Assembly: GCA_938036315.1 (NCBI GenBank)
Contig: CALHPK010000001.1
Location: forward strand, 144,109 to 208,108
Length of the DNA stretch: 64,000 nt
From: an uncultured bacterium
Lineage (GTDB): Bacteria; Calescibacteriota; Calescibacteriia; Calescibacteriales; Calescibacteriaceae
Reading direction: 5' to 3'
Below the pieces are notes generated by a model. That model had not been told where the DNA came from. It saw only the letters and a program-made list of their open reading frames with translations, and did not search any database. This document shows positions 20,894 to 30,171 of the stretch, in pieces. A program made the translations under genes and the position numbers. Positions within the stretch are counted from its first letter, which is position 1. The number at the start of each line of letters is the position of its first letter.

Positions 20894-21985
20894 ATGATAG
20901 GATTAGGTAGTGGACTTTCAGTCGCAATTGTCTTTTTCGTAGTAGGTTTAATAGTGCAGGGATTTTCTGTAGGGGTAGTATTAGCAGGCTTTGGAGGAGT
21001 AGCAGGAGTAGTAGCTACCTACATTATTATGCAAATACTCAAAAGCAAAGAATTTAGAACTGCACTCGAAAAAGCCGATAGCCCAACACCAGACAATGAA
21101 TTTGCCATCGAAATAAGAAAAAAAATTGAAAAGGCTCTTGAGTTAGAGCTTGGGAAAATGAAAGAGAAGATATCAGTTATGTTCCAGAAATATCAAGATT
21201 TCAAAGATAAATTTGACAAATTAAAAAAAGAGATTGAAATGCAGACAAACAAAGTAAATATAGTAGTAACCGCATCTGAGGAACTCTCAGCATCTGCGGC
21301 AGAGGTAGCGTCTAGAATTGTCTCAGTTGCCCAAAAAATAGAAGAAACCGCAAAAACTGCACAAGGTGGACTCCTAAAAATGGATGAAATTGTCAAAATC
21401 ATGAACACGATTGTATCAGCTATGGAATCAATCAGAGACATGGCTCGGGGGTTGGAGTCGGAAACAAAGGAAATATCAGAAATAATCTCGATAATTGAGG
21501 ATATAACAGATCAGACTAATCTATTAGCTCTGAATGCAGCCATAGAAGCGGCACGGGCTGGCGAGCAAGGTAAAGGTTTTGCGGTTGTCGCTAGTGAAGT
21601 CAGAAAACTCGCCGAAAGAACATATGGGGCAGCAAGAGAAATATCTGAAAAAATAAATGCAATGGTTCAAAGAGTTTCTCAAACCTACTCTTCGATAGAA
21701 GATGGATTTCAAATAATCAAAAAAGGAACGGAAATAGTGCAGGAAGGAAAAAGTAGCTTTGAGCAGGTATCAAAAAGAACCTCAGAGATAAATACAGAAA
21801 CAGCAGCAATATCTTCTACAACAGAAGAGCAAAGCAAAGTTACAGATGAGATATCAAGAAACCTCCTCTCTCTCCTTGATAGCGCAAAAAAAGTAGAAGC
21901 TATTCAATCCGAAGCTTCGGCAACATACGAAGAAATAAGCCAAGATATGGCAAAATTCATCGGCACAGACTATAAAAAGAAGTAA
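20894..21985 (+). CDS. Methyl-accepting chemotaxis protein (minimal, membrane-anchored, no periplasmic sensor)
   Basis: [38 protein letters not shown] is the highly conserved MCP signalling domain. The N-terminus has two hydrophobic helices and no ligand-binding domain. Confidence 0.8.
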   Translation: MIGLGSGLSVAIVFFVVGLIVQGFSVGVVLAGFGGVAGVVATYIIMQILKSKEFRTALEKADSPTPDNEFAIEIRKKIEKALELELGKMKEKISVMFQKYQDFKDKFDKLKKEIEMQTNKVNIVVTASEELSASAAEVASRIVSVAQKIEETAKTAQGGLLKMDEIVKIMNTIVSAMESIRDMARGLESETKEISEIISIIEDITDQTNLLALNAAIEAARAGEQGKGFAVVASEVRKLAERTYGAAREISEKINAMVQRVSQTYSSIEDGFQIIKKGTEIVQEGKSSFEQVSKRTSEINTETAAISSTTEEQSKVTDEISRNLLSLLDSAKKVEAIQSEASATYEEISQDMAKFIGTDYKKK

Positions 21986-22025
21986 TCTATCCTTACATGC
22001 ATGTGCAAAACAACACATAAAAAAG

Positions 22026-22781
22026 TTACGCAACAATAGAATATCCACCATCCACAACTATAGTCTGTCCCTGAATCATATCTGCCATAGAGCTCGATAG
22101 AAACAGTACAACCTTTGCAACATCCTCTGGTTCAACCAATCTCATAAGAGGTGTTCTTCTCCTTGATTCCTCCACAAGTTGATCTTTATTTGGGAAAAAT
22201 TTCAAAGCATCGGTCTCAACAACACCTGCAGAAACTATATTGACATTTATTTTTTTCGGAGAAAGTTCCAACGCTAAGTGCCTCAAAGCTGACTCAATCG
22301 CTCCTTTTGACGCCCCAACAAGAGTGTAAAACGGAATAGCCCTTTGAGCTCCAAGACTTGATATCCCTATCACTTTTCCGCCTTCCCTTATAAGATCAAC
22401 CAAGGACTTCACAAGATATATCTGACCAAAAACATTTATTTCTAAAGTCCACCGAAAATGCTTCAGATCCATCTCCCAGAATCTCCTTAGAATTCCACTT
22501 GCTGCATTGAGCACTATTATGTCAACACCATTAAATTTTTCTTCAATAACTTTTCTTATCTTACCCGAAGTTTCTGGCTCTGCTATATTCCCCTTGACTA
22601 GTTCGCAAAAACCACCGAGTTTCTCAACTTCCTCCTTTAGAATTTTGGCTGACTCCACATTTCTCAAGAAATTAACAATGAGCTTTGCCCCCTCCTTTGC
22701 AAAAGATATAGAAATAGCCCTCCCTATTCCACGAGTTCCCCCGGTTATAACTACTACTTTATCTTTAAAGCTCAGCTCCAT
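22026..22781 (-). CDS. SDR-family oxidoreductase (FabG-like)
   Basis: VVITGGTRGIGRAIS is the TGxxxGIG motif, NAA is present, and the YxxxK catalytic motif context fits. Confidence 0.8.
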   Translation of the reverse strand: MELSFKDKVVVITGGTRGIGRAISISFAKEGAKLIVNFLRNVESAKILKEEVEKLGGFCELVKGNIAEPETSGKIRKVIEEKFNGVDIIVLNAASGILRRFWEMDLKHFRWTLEINVFGQIYLVKSLVDLIREGGKVIGISSLGAQRAIPFYTLVGASKGAIESALRHLALELSPKKINVNIVSAGVVETDALKFFPNKDQLVEESRRRTPLMRLVEPEDVAKVVLFLSSSMADMIQGQTIVVDGGYSIVA

Positions 22782-22798
22782 ATCTACCTTACATTAAG

Positions 22799-23635
22799 CT
22801 ACCTCAGTTTTATTTCAACTTTATCAAATCTTTTCACACCCAACTTGCTAGCTGCATTTCCTTCTCTCATAGAAATCTCGAGCGTATCATACGAACCTAT
22901 GATAAGCAAAAATTCACCGGGATTGACAGAATCATAAGAACTAACCAAAGGAGCTTGAATCTTGTAGCCCCCCACCAGCACCCAATCAATCTCACAAGCC
23001 GGCCAATTCCCAAGAAGTTCTATTTGAACATCAGTTATAATATTACCGAATCTATCTATGTGGATCACATTTCCGCAGATCAAATTGTTGGACTTATCAA
23101 CTTTCGGTTCGGGGAAATCTATTCTTCTTGGGTTTTGAATTCTGCCCTTGGAGATATTCTTTATTTTTTCTCCCTTTGATATCAGCGCTGCCGCCGGAGC
23201 AAAAAGGTCTCTTCCGTGAAAAGTTAAAGACAATTTCTCAATGCTGACGTATTTTCTTGCTTTCCTGAGAACCGAATCTGTATCTATTTCATAGACTTCG
23301 GAATTTTCAAGAAGAGGAGTAAATATTCCGTTGTCTGGTCCCACGAAAAATATTTTCTTTCCAATGTCAGTAACGCCCACTATGGCTTTTCTTTCGCCAC
23401 CGACACCGGGATCAACAATTGCAAGAAGAATAGAATCAGGAGGGAAATATTTCATACTTTTTGATATTATAAACATTCCTGTGTAGATATCATACGGGGG
23501 GATCTGATGAGTTATATCTACAAGCTGTACCCTTCTGTTTATTGACAATATAACACATTTTAGCACCCCTACATACTCATCGGATACTCCGTAATCTGTG
23601 AGCATCAATATTGGTCTTGTTGTCAGCGCCGGCAT
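22799..23635 (-). CDS. SAM hydroxide adenosyltransferase (DUF62; fluorinase/chlorinase superfamily)
   Basis: ILMLTDYGVSDEYVGVLKCVILSINRRVQLVDITHQIPPYDI is the canonical N-terminal signature. It lies 17 bp upstream of the SDR gene on the same strand. Confidence 0.8.
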   Translation of the reverse strand: MPALTTRPILMLTDYGVSDEYVGVLKCVILSINRRVQLVDITHQIPPYDIYTGMFIISKSMKYFPPDSILLAIVDPGVGGERKAIVGVTDIGKKIFFVGPDNGIFTPLLENSEVYEIDTDSVLRKARKYVSIEKLSLTFHGRDLFAPAAALISKGEKIKNISKGRIQNPRRIDFPEPKVDKSNNLICGNVIHIDRFGNIITDVQIELLGNWPACEIDWVLVGGYKIQAPLVSSYDSVNPGEFLLIIGSYDTLEISMREGNAASKLGVKRFDKVEIKLR

Positions 23636-23813
23636 AAAAACTATATCCTTGAAGAATCACCTCCTTCCTTGTAAACTTCCCAAAATCCAAACTTTATCTG
23701 ATCCAGGCTCTGCTATCACATCTCCACATCGCAACAAAATATGTAAACTACTTCTACCTGAAAAATTTTTCAATTTTTTACAAAATGCTCACAAAATAAA
23801 TTATTTTTGAGCT

Positions 23814-24911
23814 ATGAATATGAAAATGAAAGTTATTTTTTTCTTTATCGCTTTTGTCGGGCTATTTTTAAATTTATCTGCCCAACAGAAGCAAAAACGG
23901 CCAGCAAAAGCCTCAAAAGAAGATATTGAGCTCCTTGAGAGAGCAAGAACGTTCTTTAAACCTCTTCCGAAAATAGCTGATAATCCTGAAAACCCTATAA
24001 CACCACAAAAAGTGAAACTCGGAAAGATGCTATACTTTGACCCAAGACTTTCAAAAAGCGGTTTGATATCTTGTAACTCCTGTCATAACCTTGCATCTTA
24101 TGGTGTCGATAACCTGCCAACATCAGTAGGACACAAATGGCAATCTGGTCCGAGAAATGCCCCGACTACTTTGAATTCAGCTTTGCATATTGCACAATTT
24201 TGGGATGGCAGAGCTAAAGACGTAGAGGAACAGGCCAAGGGTCCCATTTTAAATCCTATAGAAATGGCTGCAACTGAACAACTTGTAATAGAGAGAATAA
24301 AAAGCATACCCGAGTACATAAAACTGTTTAAGCAGGCATTCCCAAATGATCAAGAACCAATAACTTATGATAACGTAGCCAAAGCTATAGCTTCATTTGA
24401 GAGAACTCTACTTACACCTTCAAGGTTTGACAAATTCCTTGAAGGAGATGTGAATGCTCTCACCCCAGAGGAAAAGGAAGGACTCAAAATTTTCATAGAA
24501 GTCGGTTGCGTAACTTGTCACAACGGAGTTGGGATTGGAGCAAATATGTATCAAAAGTTTGGACTCACCAAACCTTACTACGAAGTAATAAAATATGACG
24601 ATCCTTCCAAAATCGATGAGGGCAGATATGCTGTGACAAAAAACGAAGGAGATAAATTTGTATTTAAAGTTCCTTCTCTAAGAAATGTAACAAGGACCTA
24701 TCCGTACTTTCATGATGGTTCTGTATGGGAATTAGAAAGAGCTGTAAATATAATGGCGGAGATACAACTTGGCAGGAAATTAGAGCCTGAGCAAATCAGT
24801 AAAATCGTCTCGTTCTTGGGAGCTTTAGAAGGACAGATTTCTCAGGATGCCCTTCAACTACCAATTCTTCCTGCTTCAACTGAAAAAACTCCAAAACCAG
24901 AAATTAAATGA
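23814..24911 (+). CDS. Di-haem cytochrome c peroxidase (CCP/MauG family)
   Basis: Signal peptide, two CxxCH haem sites (CNSCHN, CVTCHN), and the conserved PSLRNV...PYFHDG region. Confidence 0.85.
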   Translation: MNMKMKVIFFFIAFVGLFLNLSAQQKQKRPAKASKEDIELLERARTFFKPLPKIADNPENPITPQKVKLGKMLYFDPRLSKSGLISCNSCHNLASYGVDNLPTSVGHKWQSGPRNAPTTLNSALHIAQFWDGRAKDVEEQAKGPILNPIEMAATEQLVIERIKSIPEYIKLFKQAFPNDQEPITYDNVAKAIASFERTLLTPSRFDKFLEGDVNALTPEEKEGLKIFIEVGCVTCHNGVGIGANMYQKFGLTKPYYEVIKYDDPSKIDEGRYAVTKNEGDKFVFKVPSLRNVTRTYPYFHDGSVWELERAVNIMAEIQLGRKLEPEQISKIVSFLGALEGQISQDALQLPILPASTEKTPKPEIK

Positions 24912-24986
24912 ATAAAGCGCTCTTTACTTCAGCTATTTATTCCAAACTCAATATCTAAACGTGAATTTATATCTTTACAGTTCTTT

Positions 24987-25508
24987 TTAAAAGAGTATCT
25001 CTTCCTCCTTTTTGATCACTTCTTCTTTTGGTTCTTCAACCTCGGCTTCTGGTGCAGACGGAACAGGGACTCGAGGCTTTGGCAATATCTCAGGGATAAA
25101 CTTTGTGAGAAATGAATCTATCATATATAAATCCGCAAACCCTATAGGGCCAACTGTTACTGTTTCATCTCTGACTGACATACTGAAGAAAACGCCATCG
25201 TCTCTCCTTTCAATTTTGAAGGTTTTAGGTAATCCCCTTTTTCCAAACTTCTCCGGTGTGTGTGAAATAGATGGATTCTTTTTTGGAGATTGTCCAGCAA
25301 GTGTGAGTCTAGAAAATGCGCCTATGATTGATGCTTCTTGCGGAGTCAAAGCTATTGTCACCTTCTCTTCCCATCTATATTTCCTTCCACCTGACTCCCT
25401 GCCAGCACCACCTACGGGCTTAGCAAAAGATATAAACACAACTCCCCTCAGAGGATCAGCTGAAAATCTTATAGCTCCGTTGTTCCTGTATATAGTTAGG
25501 ACAGACAC
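24987..25508 (-). CDS. Hypothetical protein with two internally related halves and a Pro/Glu-rich C-terminal tail
   Basis: The ORF is present but no confident family could be assigned. A nucleic-acid-binding fold (PC4/Whirly-like) is possible but not supported further. Confidence 0.4.
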   Translation of the reverse strand: MSVLTIYRNNGAIRFSADPLRGVVFISFAKPVGGAGRESGGRKYRWEEKVTIALTPQEASIIGAFSRLTLAGQSPKKNPSISHTPEKFGKRGLPKTFKIERRDDGVFFSMSVRDETVTVGPIGFADLYMIDSFLTKFIPEILPKPRVPVPSAPEAEVEEPKEEVIKKEEEILF

Positions 25509-25518
25509 TTTATTTTTG

Positions 25519-25590
25519 TGGAGTCGAGGGGATTTGAACCCCCGACCTTCGGCGTGCCATACCGACGCTCTCCCGCTGAGCTACGACCCC
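25519..25590 (-). tRNA. tRNA-Ala (anticodon GGC)
   Basis: Hand-folded cloverleaf with acceptor GGGGTCG/CGACTCC including the G3:U70 Ala identity pair. Anticodon loop is A-T-GGC-A-C, T-loop is TTCAAAT, and there is no encoded CCA. Confidence 0.9.
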
Positions 25591-25731
25591 ACCCTAAACA
25601 AAATATAAAAACACTAAAAAGTCTTTTCCTAATTTCTTAGTTTTTTTGTAGAATTTCTCACAGACCCCTCAATCCCTCTGAATTTACAAAGTATAAGGAA
25701 AAAATCCCGATAAATATTTAAAATTTCTACT

Positions 25732-27711
25732 GTGAAACCCCTAATAAAATCATTAACCTTGGGACTTGTAGCAATAACTATAACTATAACATATTATAAT
25801 CAAAAAGTACACGGTTCAGTAGAGCAACATTCTATCTTCCGCTCAAAAAATCCCACTGATACTGAAATAAAAATAGCTTACCTTGCATACGGTTTAAAAC
25901 TACTGGCTGACTACAAATTCTATGATTCGGCATTACAGCTGTGCGAAAGAGGTCTCGATACATCTTTACAAGATTGGGTAAGATACTACATTGGAAGAAT
26001 ACTCATCTTCTCAAAGAGATTCCCAGAAGCTATAGAATACTTTGCAAGTATAACAACCGATTTCCCTTGGTACGAGCTAGTTCTCCAGAACATTATATTC
26101 GCAAGACACAGAATGGGAGACCAATCCGCCTGTAAGATGGCAGAGTCGAAAAATCTTCCAGAGAAAGGAATTCCGGAATTCTATGAGTTTCTGCTGGAGT
26201 GCTCAGAAAATCTCTTAAACTACTACTCGCAAACAAATCAAAAAAGCCATGAAGAAAGAGTAAGAAAAAATGTTATCCAAATCCTATATCTCCTTGTTAT
26301 GAATTCGATAAACCCACCCGACTTTCTCGATTACTCGGATAGAGTAAAAAGAGCTCACGATCTCTCTATGCGGATTTTAGGAGTTGACCTCAGAACCTCT
26401 CTTTCCGAGAAAAAAGAAGATATCGCAGAAACATTACTCAAATTACAAAGAGGCAAAGAAGCTCTCTATTGGACAGATGATGAATTTAAAAAAGCCAGAG
26501 CCTACTTCCAACTTGGTGATTACAACAGATCAATCAAAATAGCCAGTGAGCTAATTCGTGGAGAAAAGGATAGAAAAAAAAGAGAAATTCTCAATTATAT
26601 TCTGGTTATATCACACGCAAGGCGAAGTGAAAGTGAAGAAGATAAAATCGAATTTCTAAGATATTCAGAAGAATATATCAAGAATTTCTCGAATGAAAGA
26701 TTCGCAGGAGACCTGGCAATAAAACTCGGCGTAGAAAATTACCTACAGCAGAAAATTCAAGAAGCTGAGAAATTTCTATCCCGAGCAGCCAGAAGTCCCT
26801 TCCAAGATATATCAGAAAGAGCAAGATTCCTCCTGAAATACACCCTTGGATACAACATAAAAGCAGAACCCAAAGGATTTCTTTTGCTCATAGAAAAGTA
26901 CAAGAAAGGGATAAGGAGACTAAAAACTGAGGAGAAAAAATCCGAAATCAGCCCAATAAGTAAAGCATCAGCAGTGGAACATAAAAAACCAGATGAAAAG
27001 GCTCTGAAAAAAGCTCTGGAAATATATTATCTGAAAATCTATCTTGGTGACTCCAGACTTTCCCCTTCCCTACCCTACGAAATTTTCAGAACTTCAAAAA
27101 TGAACCTAAAAGATATACTTGAGCAAAAAGGTTTCATTTCAATAACCGGAGATTTCAGATCCACATTAGCCGTAGTCTCCCCTCCTCCTATAGCATTCTA
27201 TGAGGAAATAAAATCCGCATCGGAAAGATTTGGTGTACCACTATCGCTTTTGATGGCTTTAGCTTTTGTTGAATCTAACTTCAATCCAGTAGCCGTATCA
27301 CCAGCTGGTGCAATCGGCCTTACCCAGATAATAATACCAACAGCAAAAGATATTTTTTCAAGCTGGGGAATTCCATTCACTAAAGATTTTCTGTTCGAAC
27401 CTGAAATAAATGTAAAAGCAGGGTCGTATTACCTAAGAAAACTGAAGGATGACCTCGGTTCCTGGACACTCGCGATAGCCGGATATAACGCAGGTCCTAA
27501 CGCAGTAAAAAGATGGATAGAAAAATCAGGAAACATATACTGCGAAAAAATCGAAGTATTCCTTGAAAATATACCATATCGCCAAACTCGATTCTACACT
27601 ATGAGAGTACTTTCATATTATCTTGAGTACGCAAAATTATTCGAAGAGGATATAGACCTTGAAGAGATCTTCAAATGCAACACTAACAAAGTCGTAGAGT
27701 CATCTTCTTAA
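25732..27711 (+). CDS. Soluble lytic murein transglycosylase (Slt70-like: superhelical N-domain + SLT domain)
   Basis: C-terminal SLT motifs LLMALAFVESNFNP...GAIGLTQII...AGYNAGPNAV, with an N-terminal alpha-superhelical region. The start codon is GTG. Confidence 0.75.
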   Translation: MKPLIKSLTLGLVAITITITYYNQKVHGSVEQHSIFRSKNPTDTEIKIAYLAYGLKLLADYKFYDSALQLCERGLDTSLQDWVRYYIGRILIFSKRFPEAIEYFASITTDFPWYELVLQNIIFARHRMGDQSACKMAESKNLPEKGIPEFYEFLLECSENLLNYYSQTNQKSHEERVRKNVIQILYLLVMNSINPPDFLDYSDRVKRAHDLSMRILGVDLRTSLSEKKEDIAETLLKLQRGKEALYWTDDEFKKARAYFQLGDYNRSIKIASELIRGEKDRKKREILNYILVISHARRSESEEDKIEFLRYSEEYIKNFSNERFAGDLAIKLGVENYLQQKIQEAEKFLSRAARSPFQDISERARFLLKYTLGYNIKAEPKGFLLLIEKYKKGIRRLKTEEKKSEISPISKASAVEHKKPDEKALKKALEIYYLKIYLGDSRLSPSLPYEIFRTSKMNLKDILEQKGFISITGDFRSTLAVVSPPPIAFYEEIKSASERFGVPLSLLMALAFVESNFNPVAVSPAGAIGLTQIIIPTAKDIFSSWGIPFTKDFLFEPEINVKAGSYYLRKLKDDLGSWTLAIAGYNAGPNAVKRWIEKSGNIYCEKIEVFLENIPYRQTRFYTMRVLSYYLEYAKLFEEDIDLEEIFKCNTNKVVESSS

Positions 27712-27723
27712 ATGCATAATCTT

Positions 27724-27768
27724 TGTGGCAGACTGGTGGCGGACTGGTGGCGGACTTGTGGCAGACCA
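27724..27768. repeat. GC-rich 11-bp tandem (tggc[a/g]gact[g/t]g x ~4) between convergent slt-like gene and efp
   Basis: tgtggcagactggtggcggactggtggcggacttgtggcagacc stands out against the AT-rich background. Confidence 0.6.
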
Positions 27769-27794
27769 AATCTCATTGCTACAGATTTCTTACC

Positions 27795-28349
27795 CTAAGT
27801 CCTACCTATATACTCTTTTGTCTCTGGGTTCACCTTAACTCTGTCTCCTTTTTTAATATGAAGTGGTACTTGAATAGTCACTCCGTTAGACAAAATAGCA
27901 GGTTTTGACCCTCCTGACTCAGTATCTCCTCGAACTCCAGGAGGGGTATCCGTCACTTCAAACTCCATGACTTTGGGAAGCCTTACAGTAATCGGTATTC
28001 CATTACTTAATATTATATCAAAATCCACATCCTCCACAAACCAAATTCCAAATTCACCCACCGATTCCTCACTGAACCTGTACTCCTCATAACTTTCTGA
28101 ATCAAGGAAAACATACTGATCGGCATCTTTATATACATACTTTGCTTTACGTATTGAAACATCGGGAGACTTTAACTCTTCAGATGAAACAAACGTTCTA
28201 TCTAATGTTTTCCCTGAAACAGTATCTTTAAGCTTGACTTTCACATGCGGTTGTCTCTGGGCAATCTTCTGCCTCTCAATAGATACAACTTCATAAACCT
28301 TGTTGTCTATCTCAACGAACGATCCTACTTTCAAATCACCAGCTCTCAC
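27795..28349 (-). CDS. efp: Elongation factor P
   Basis: The protein aligns to EF-P along its full length (KOW-like domain I plus two OB domains, ...GDTESGGSKPAILSNGVTIQVPLHIKKGD). The start codon is GTG. The loop that normally reads KPGKG is QKIAQRQP here. Confidence 0.9.
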   Translation of the reverse strand: MRAGDLKVGSFVEIDNKVYEVVSIERQKIAQRQPHVKVKLKDTVSGKTLDRTFVSSEELKSPDVSIRKAKYVYKDADQYVFLDSESYEEYRFSEESVGEFGIWFVEDVDFDIILSNGIPITVRLPKVMEFEVTDTPPGVRGDTESGGSKPAILSNGVTIQVPLHIKKGDRVKVNPETKEYIGRT

Positions 28350-28399
28350 AGAATTGATTTATAATATGAAATAAGAAGAATCAGAAAGAAGCAGAAAAC

Positions 28400-28696
28400 T
28401 CAGCCTAACTCAATAAGATCATTTTTCCTGAGTTCATCCACAAACCCATAAATCATATCCTGTGCTTTATCTATTGGAATTTTCTTTTCCTTTGAAATGA
28501 GTTGGACTATCTTATGTATTGGGATTTTATCTATAAATTTCCAAATAAGAGCACCGGTTTGGTTTAGCTTGAAAATATTCCCTCTTCTGAGAACAAAAGC
28601 TGAATCCTTAAAAATTTTTTCAAATTCACTCTTTTTCTTTATACTTAACCTTGTTTTTATTCTTCTTCTCTTTTCGGTCTTACTTACACTCATCAT
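28400..28696 (-). CDS. PqqD-family (RiPP recognition element-like) small protein
   Basis: FKLNQTGALIWKFIDK...IHKIVQLISKEK..IPIDKAQDMIYGFVDELRKNDLI matches the PqqD winged-helix pattern (LNeTaa.Iw.l.DG....I...l...y.v......D...fl..L.....i). A basic ~30 aa N-terminal extension is present. Confidence 0.55.
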   Translation of the reverse strand: MMSVSKTEKRRRIKTRLSIKKKSEFEKIFKDSAFVLRRGNIFKLNQTGALIWKFIDKIPIHKIVQLISKEKKIPIDKAQDMIYGFVDELRKNDLIELG

Positions 28697-28836
28697 TTTC
28701 TGTTACTGATGGTATGCTTATCTTTATTCGTACCTATCTTAACTTATTAACATTCTATTCTTTTTTCTTTGTATTTTCCAGATCAACAAAATCTGCAAAT
28801 TCCCAAAATAAGAGGGGGTTAACTAAAAAATTAGTT

Positions 28837-29022
28837 ATGGCCAGATGTTTTTTCTGTGGGAAAACAACCGCCTTTGGGAACAATGTATCACATGCTGGGA
28901 ACAGAACTTCAAGAAAATTCAAGGCAAATTTAAAGAGGGTAAGAGCAATAATTGAAGGAGAAAAAAGAAGAGTCAATGCATGCACGACTTGTATAAGGAT
29001 GGGAAGACATCTCGGTCTATAA
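28837..29022 (+). CDS. rpmB: 50S ribosomal protein L28 (zinc-ribbon form)
   Basis: MARCFFCGKTTAFGNNVSHAGNRTSRKFKANLKRVRAI aligns with B. subtilis-type L28 ([38 protein letters not shown]). The conserved start is internal within the longer track ORF 28651-29022. Confidence 0.8.
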   Translation: MARCFFCGKTTAFGNNVSHAGNRTSRKFKANLKRVRAIIEGEKRRVNACTTCIRMGRHLGL

Positions 29023-29095
29023 CTTGGTCTATAAAATAGGATCTATAAAATGGGGAGACATCCTGGTCTATAAACTAGGGTCTATAAACTAGGGA
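29005..29095. repeat. Degenerate tandem array of ~15-bp units (ggtctataaa[a/c]tagg) spanning the 3' ends of convergent rpmB and GT2 genes
   Basis: Units read ggtctataac / ggtctataaaatagg / atctataaaatgggg / ggtctataaactaggg / tctataaactaggg / agatactaggg. The array supplies the last codons of both flanking ORFs. Confidence 0.55.
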
Positions 29096-29884
29096 GATAC
29101 TAGGGAGATATTTACTGTTTTTCCCGAGGATTCCAAAGAAACCATGAACAATTCCTTCAAGTCCGGCGATAAATTGCTCCTTTGTGAGATACGGAATCCT
29201 TTTCAGAAAAAAGCCAATAGGCCTTATCACTTTCTTTTTATCATATTTTAAATGAATATATACTTCATTTCTCAGAGCATAGTATAACCTAAAAGGTTCT
29301 GAATATACCTGCTTAACCCCCTTTAGCCCCTTGCTCCTTCTTAGATACCTTGCATCAGGAATGATGAAAATCTTAAACCCTAATTTCCTCATCCTTAAGA
29401 AAAATTCAACATCGTCCCCGTAAAGAAAAAACCTGTCATCTGGAAGACCTGTTTTCTCAACAGCCTCTCTCTTCATAAGAACTCCTGTCCACACAGATGA
29501 TTGGACCTCTTCTGTATCTCCTGAATAGTCCTCCCACGCACAGCGAACAGCTCCTGCTTCCTGAATTTTTATAATACTATCCAACAGTACCTTTAAGGCA
29601 TTATAGGAATATTCTGTGTCATCGTCTGATGTAAAAATAAAGTTGAAGCCATCCCTTACAGCTTTTCCGATACCAAGCTTGTATCCTCCTGCACTTCCTA
29701 AATTATCCCCACTACCGATTATTTCAAGATTCCTCACCTTACCCAAACTCTCCAGAGTTATTTTATCAAGCCCATTGTTCACCACGATTATTCTACCTGG
29801 TCTGAGCTCCTGAAGATTCAGATTCTCCACCGTATCTATTACGCTTTGTTTGACTGCCGGAATTACAACGCAAATCTCAAGCAT
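29075..29884 (-). CDS. Glycosyltransferase family 2
   Basis: [10 protein letters not shown]...[16 protein letters not shown]...FTSDDD carries the GT-A DxD motif. Confidence 0.7.
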   Translation of the reverse strand: MLEICVVIPAVKQSVIDTVENLNLQELRPGRIIVVNNGLDKITLESLGKVRNLEIIGSGDNLGSAGGYKLGIGKAVRDGFNFIFTSDDDTEYSYNALKVLLDSIIKIQEAGAVRCAWEDYSGDTEEVQSSVWTGVLMKREAVEKTGLPDDRFFLYGDDVEFFLRMRKLGFKIFIIPDARYLRRSKGLKGVKQVYSEPFRLYYALRNEVYIHLKYDKKKVIRPIGFFLKRIPYLTKEQFIAGLEGIVHGFFGILGKNSKYLPSISLVYRP

Positions 29885-29968
29885 AGTAATACACTACACA
29901 AAACAAAATTAAAGCTAAATTGGTTGAAAATTTATAATCCTGTTTTTGAAATATCTATATTGTGCTTT

Positions 29969-30154
29969 ATGCCAACCGCGGCAGATAGACAGCAGATATA
30001 TAAAAAACCCAAATTTAAAGTCAGAAAAGTAAACAGATGCCTAAGATGCGGTAGGCCCCGAGGCTTTATAAGATTCTTCTCCTTATGTAGAATGTGCTTC
30101 AGAGAGTTGGCTCTCAGAGGAGAAATCCCGGGAGTCAGAAAAGCATCCTGGTAA
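29969..30154 (+). CDS. rpsZ: 30S ribosomal protein S14 type Z (zinc-binding)
   Basis: [49 protein letters not shown] is near-identical in pattern to type-Z S14 (CxxC...CxxC). The conserved start is internal within track ORF 29846-30154. Confidence 0.85.
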   Translation: MPTAADRQQIYKKPKFKVRKVNRCLRCGRPRGFIRFFSLCRMCFRELALRGEIPGVRKASW

Positions 30155-30171
30155 AAGGAGGTGTAAACAAC

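Noticed and set aside
25012-25608. 198-aa plus-strand ORF
   Set aside because: It is antisense to the 24987-25508 CDS and reads through tRNA-Ala. It is spurious.
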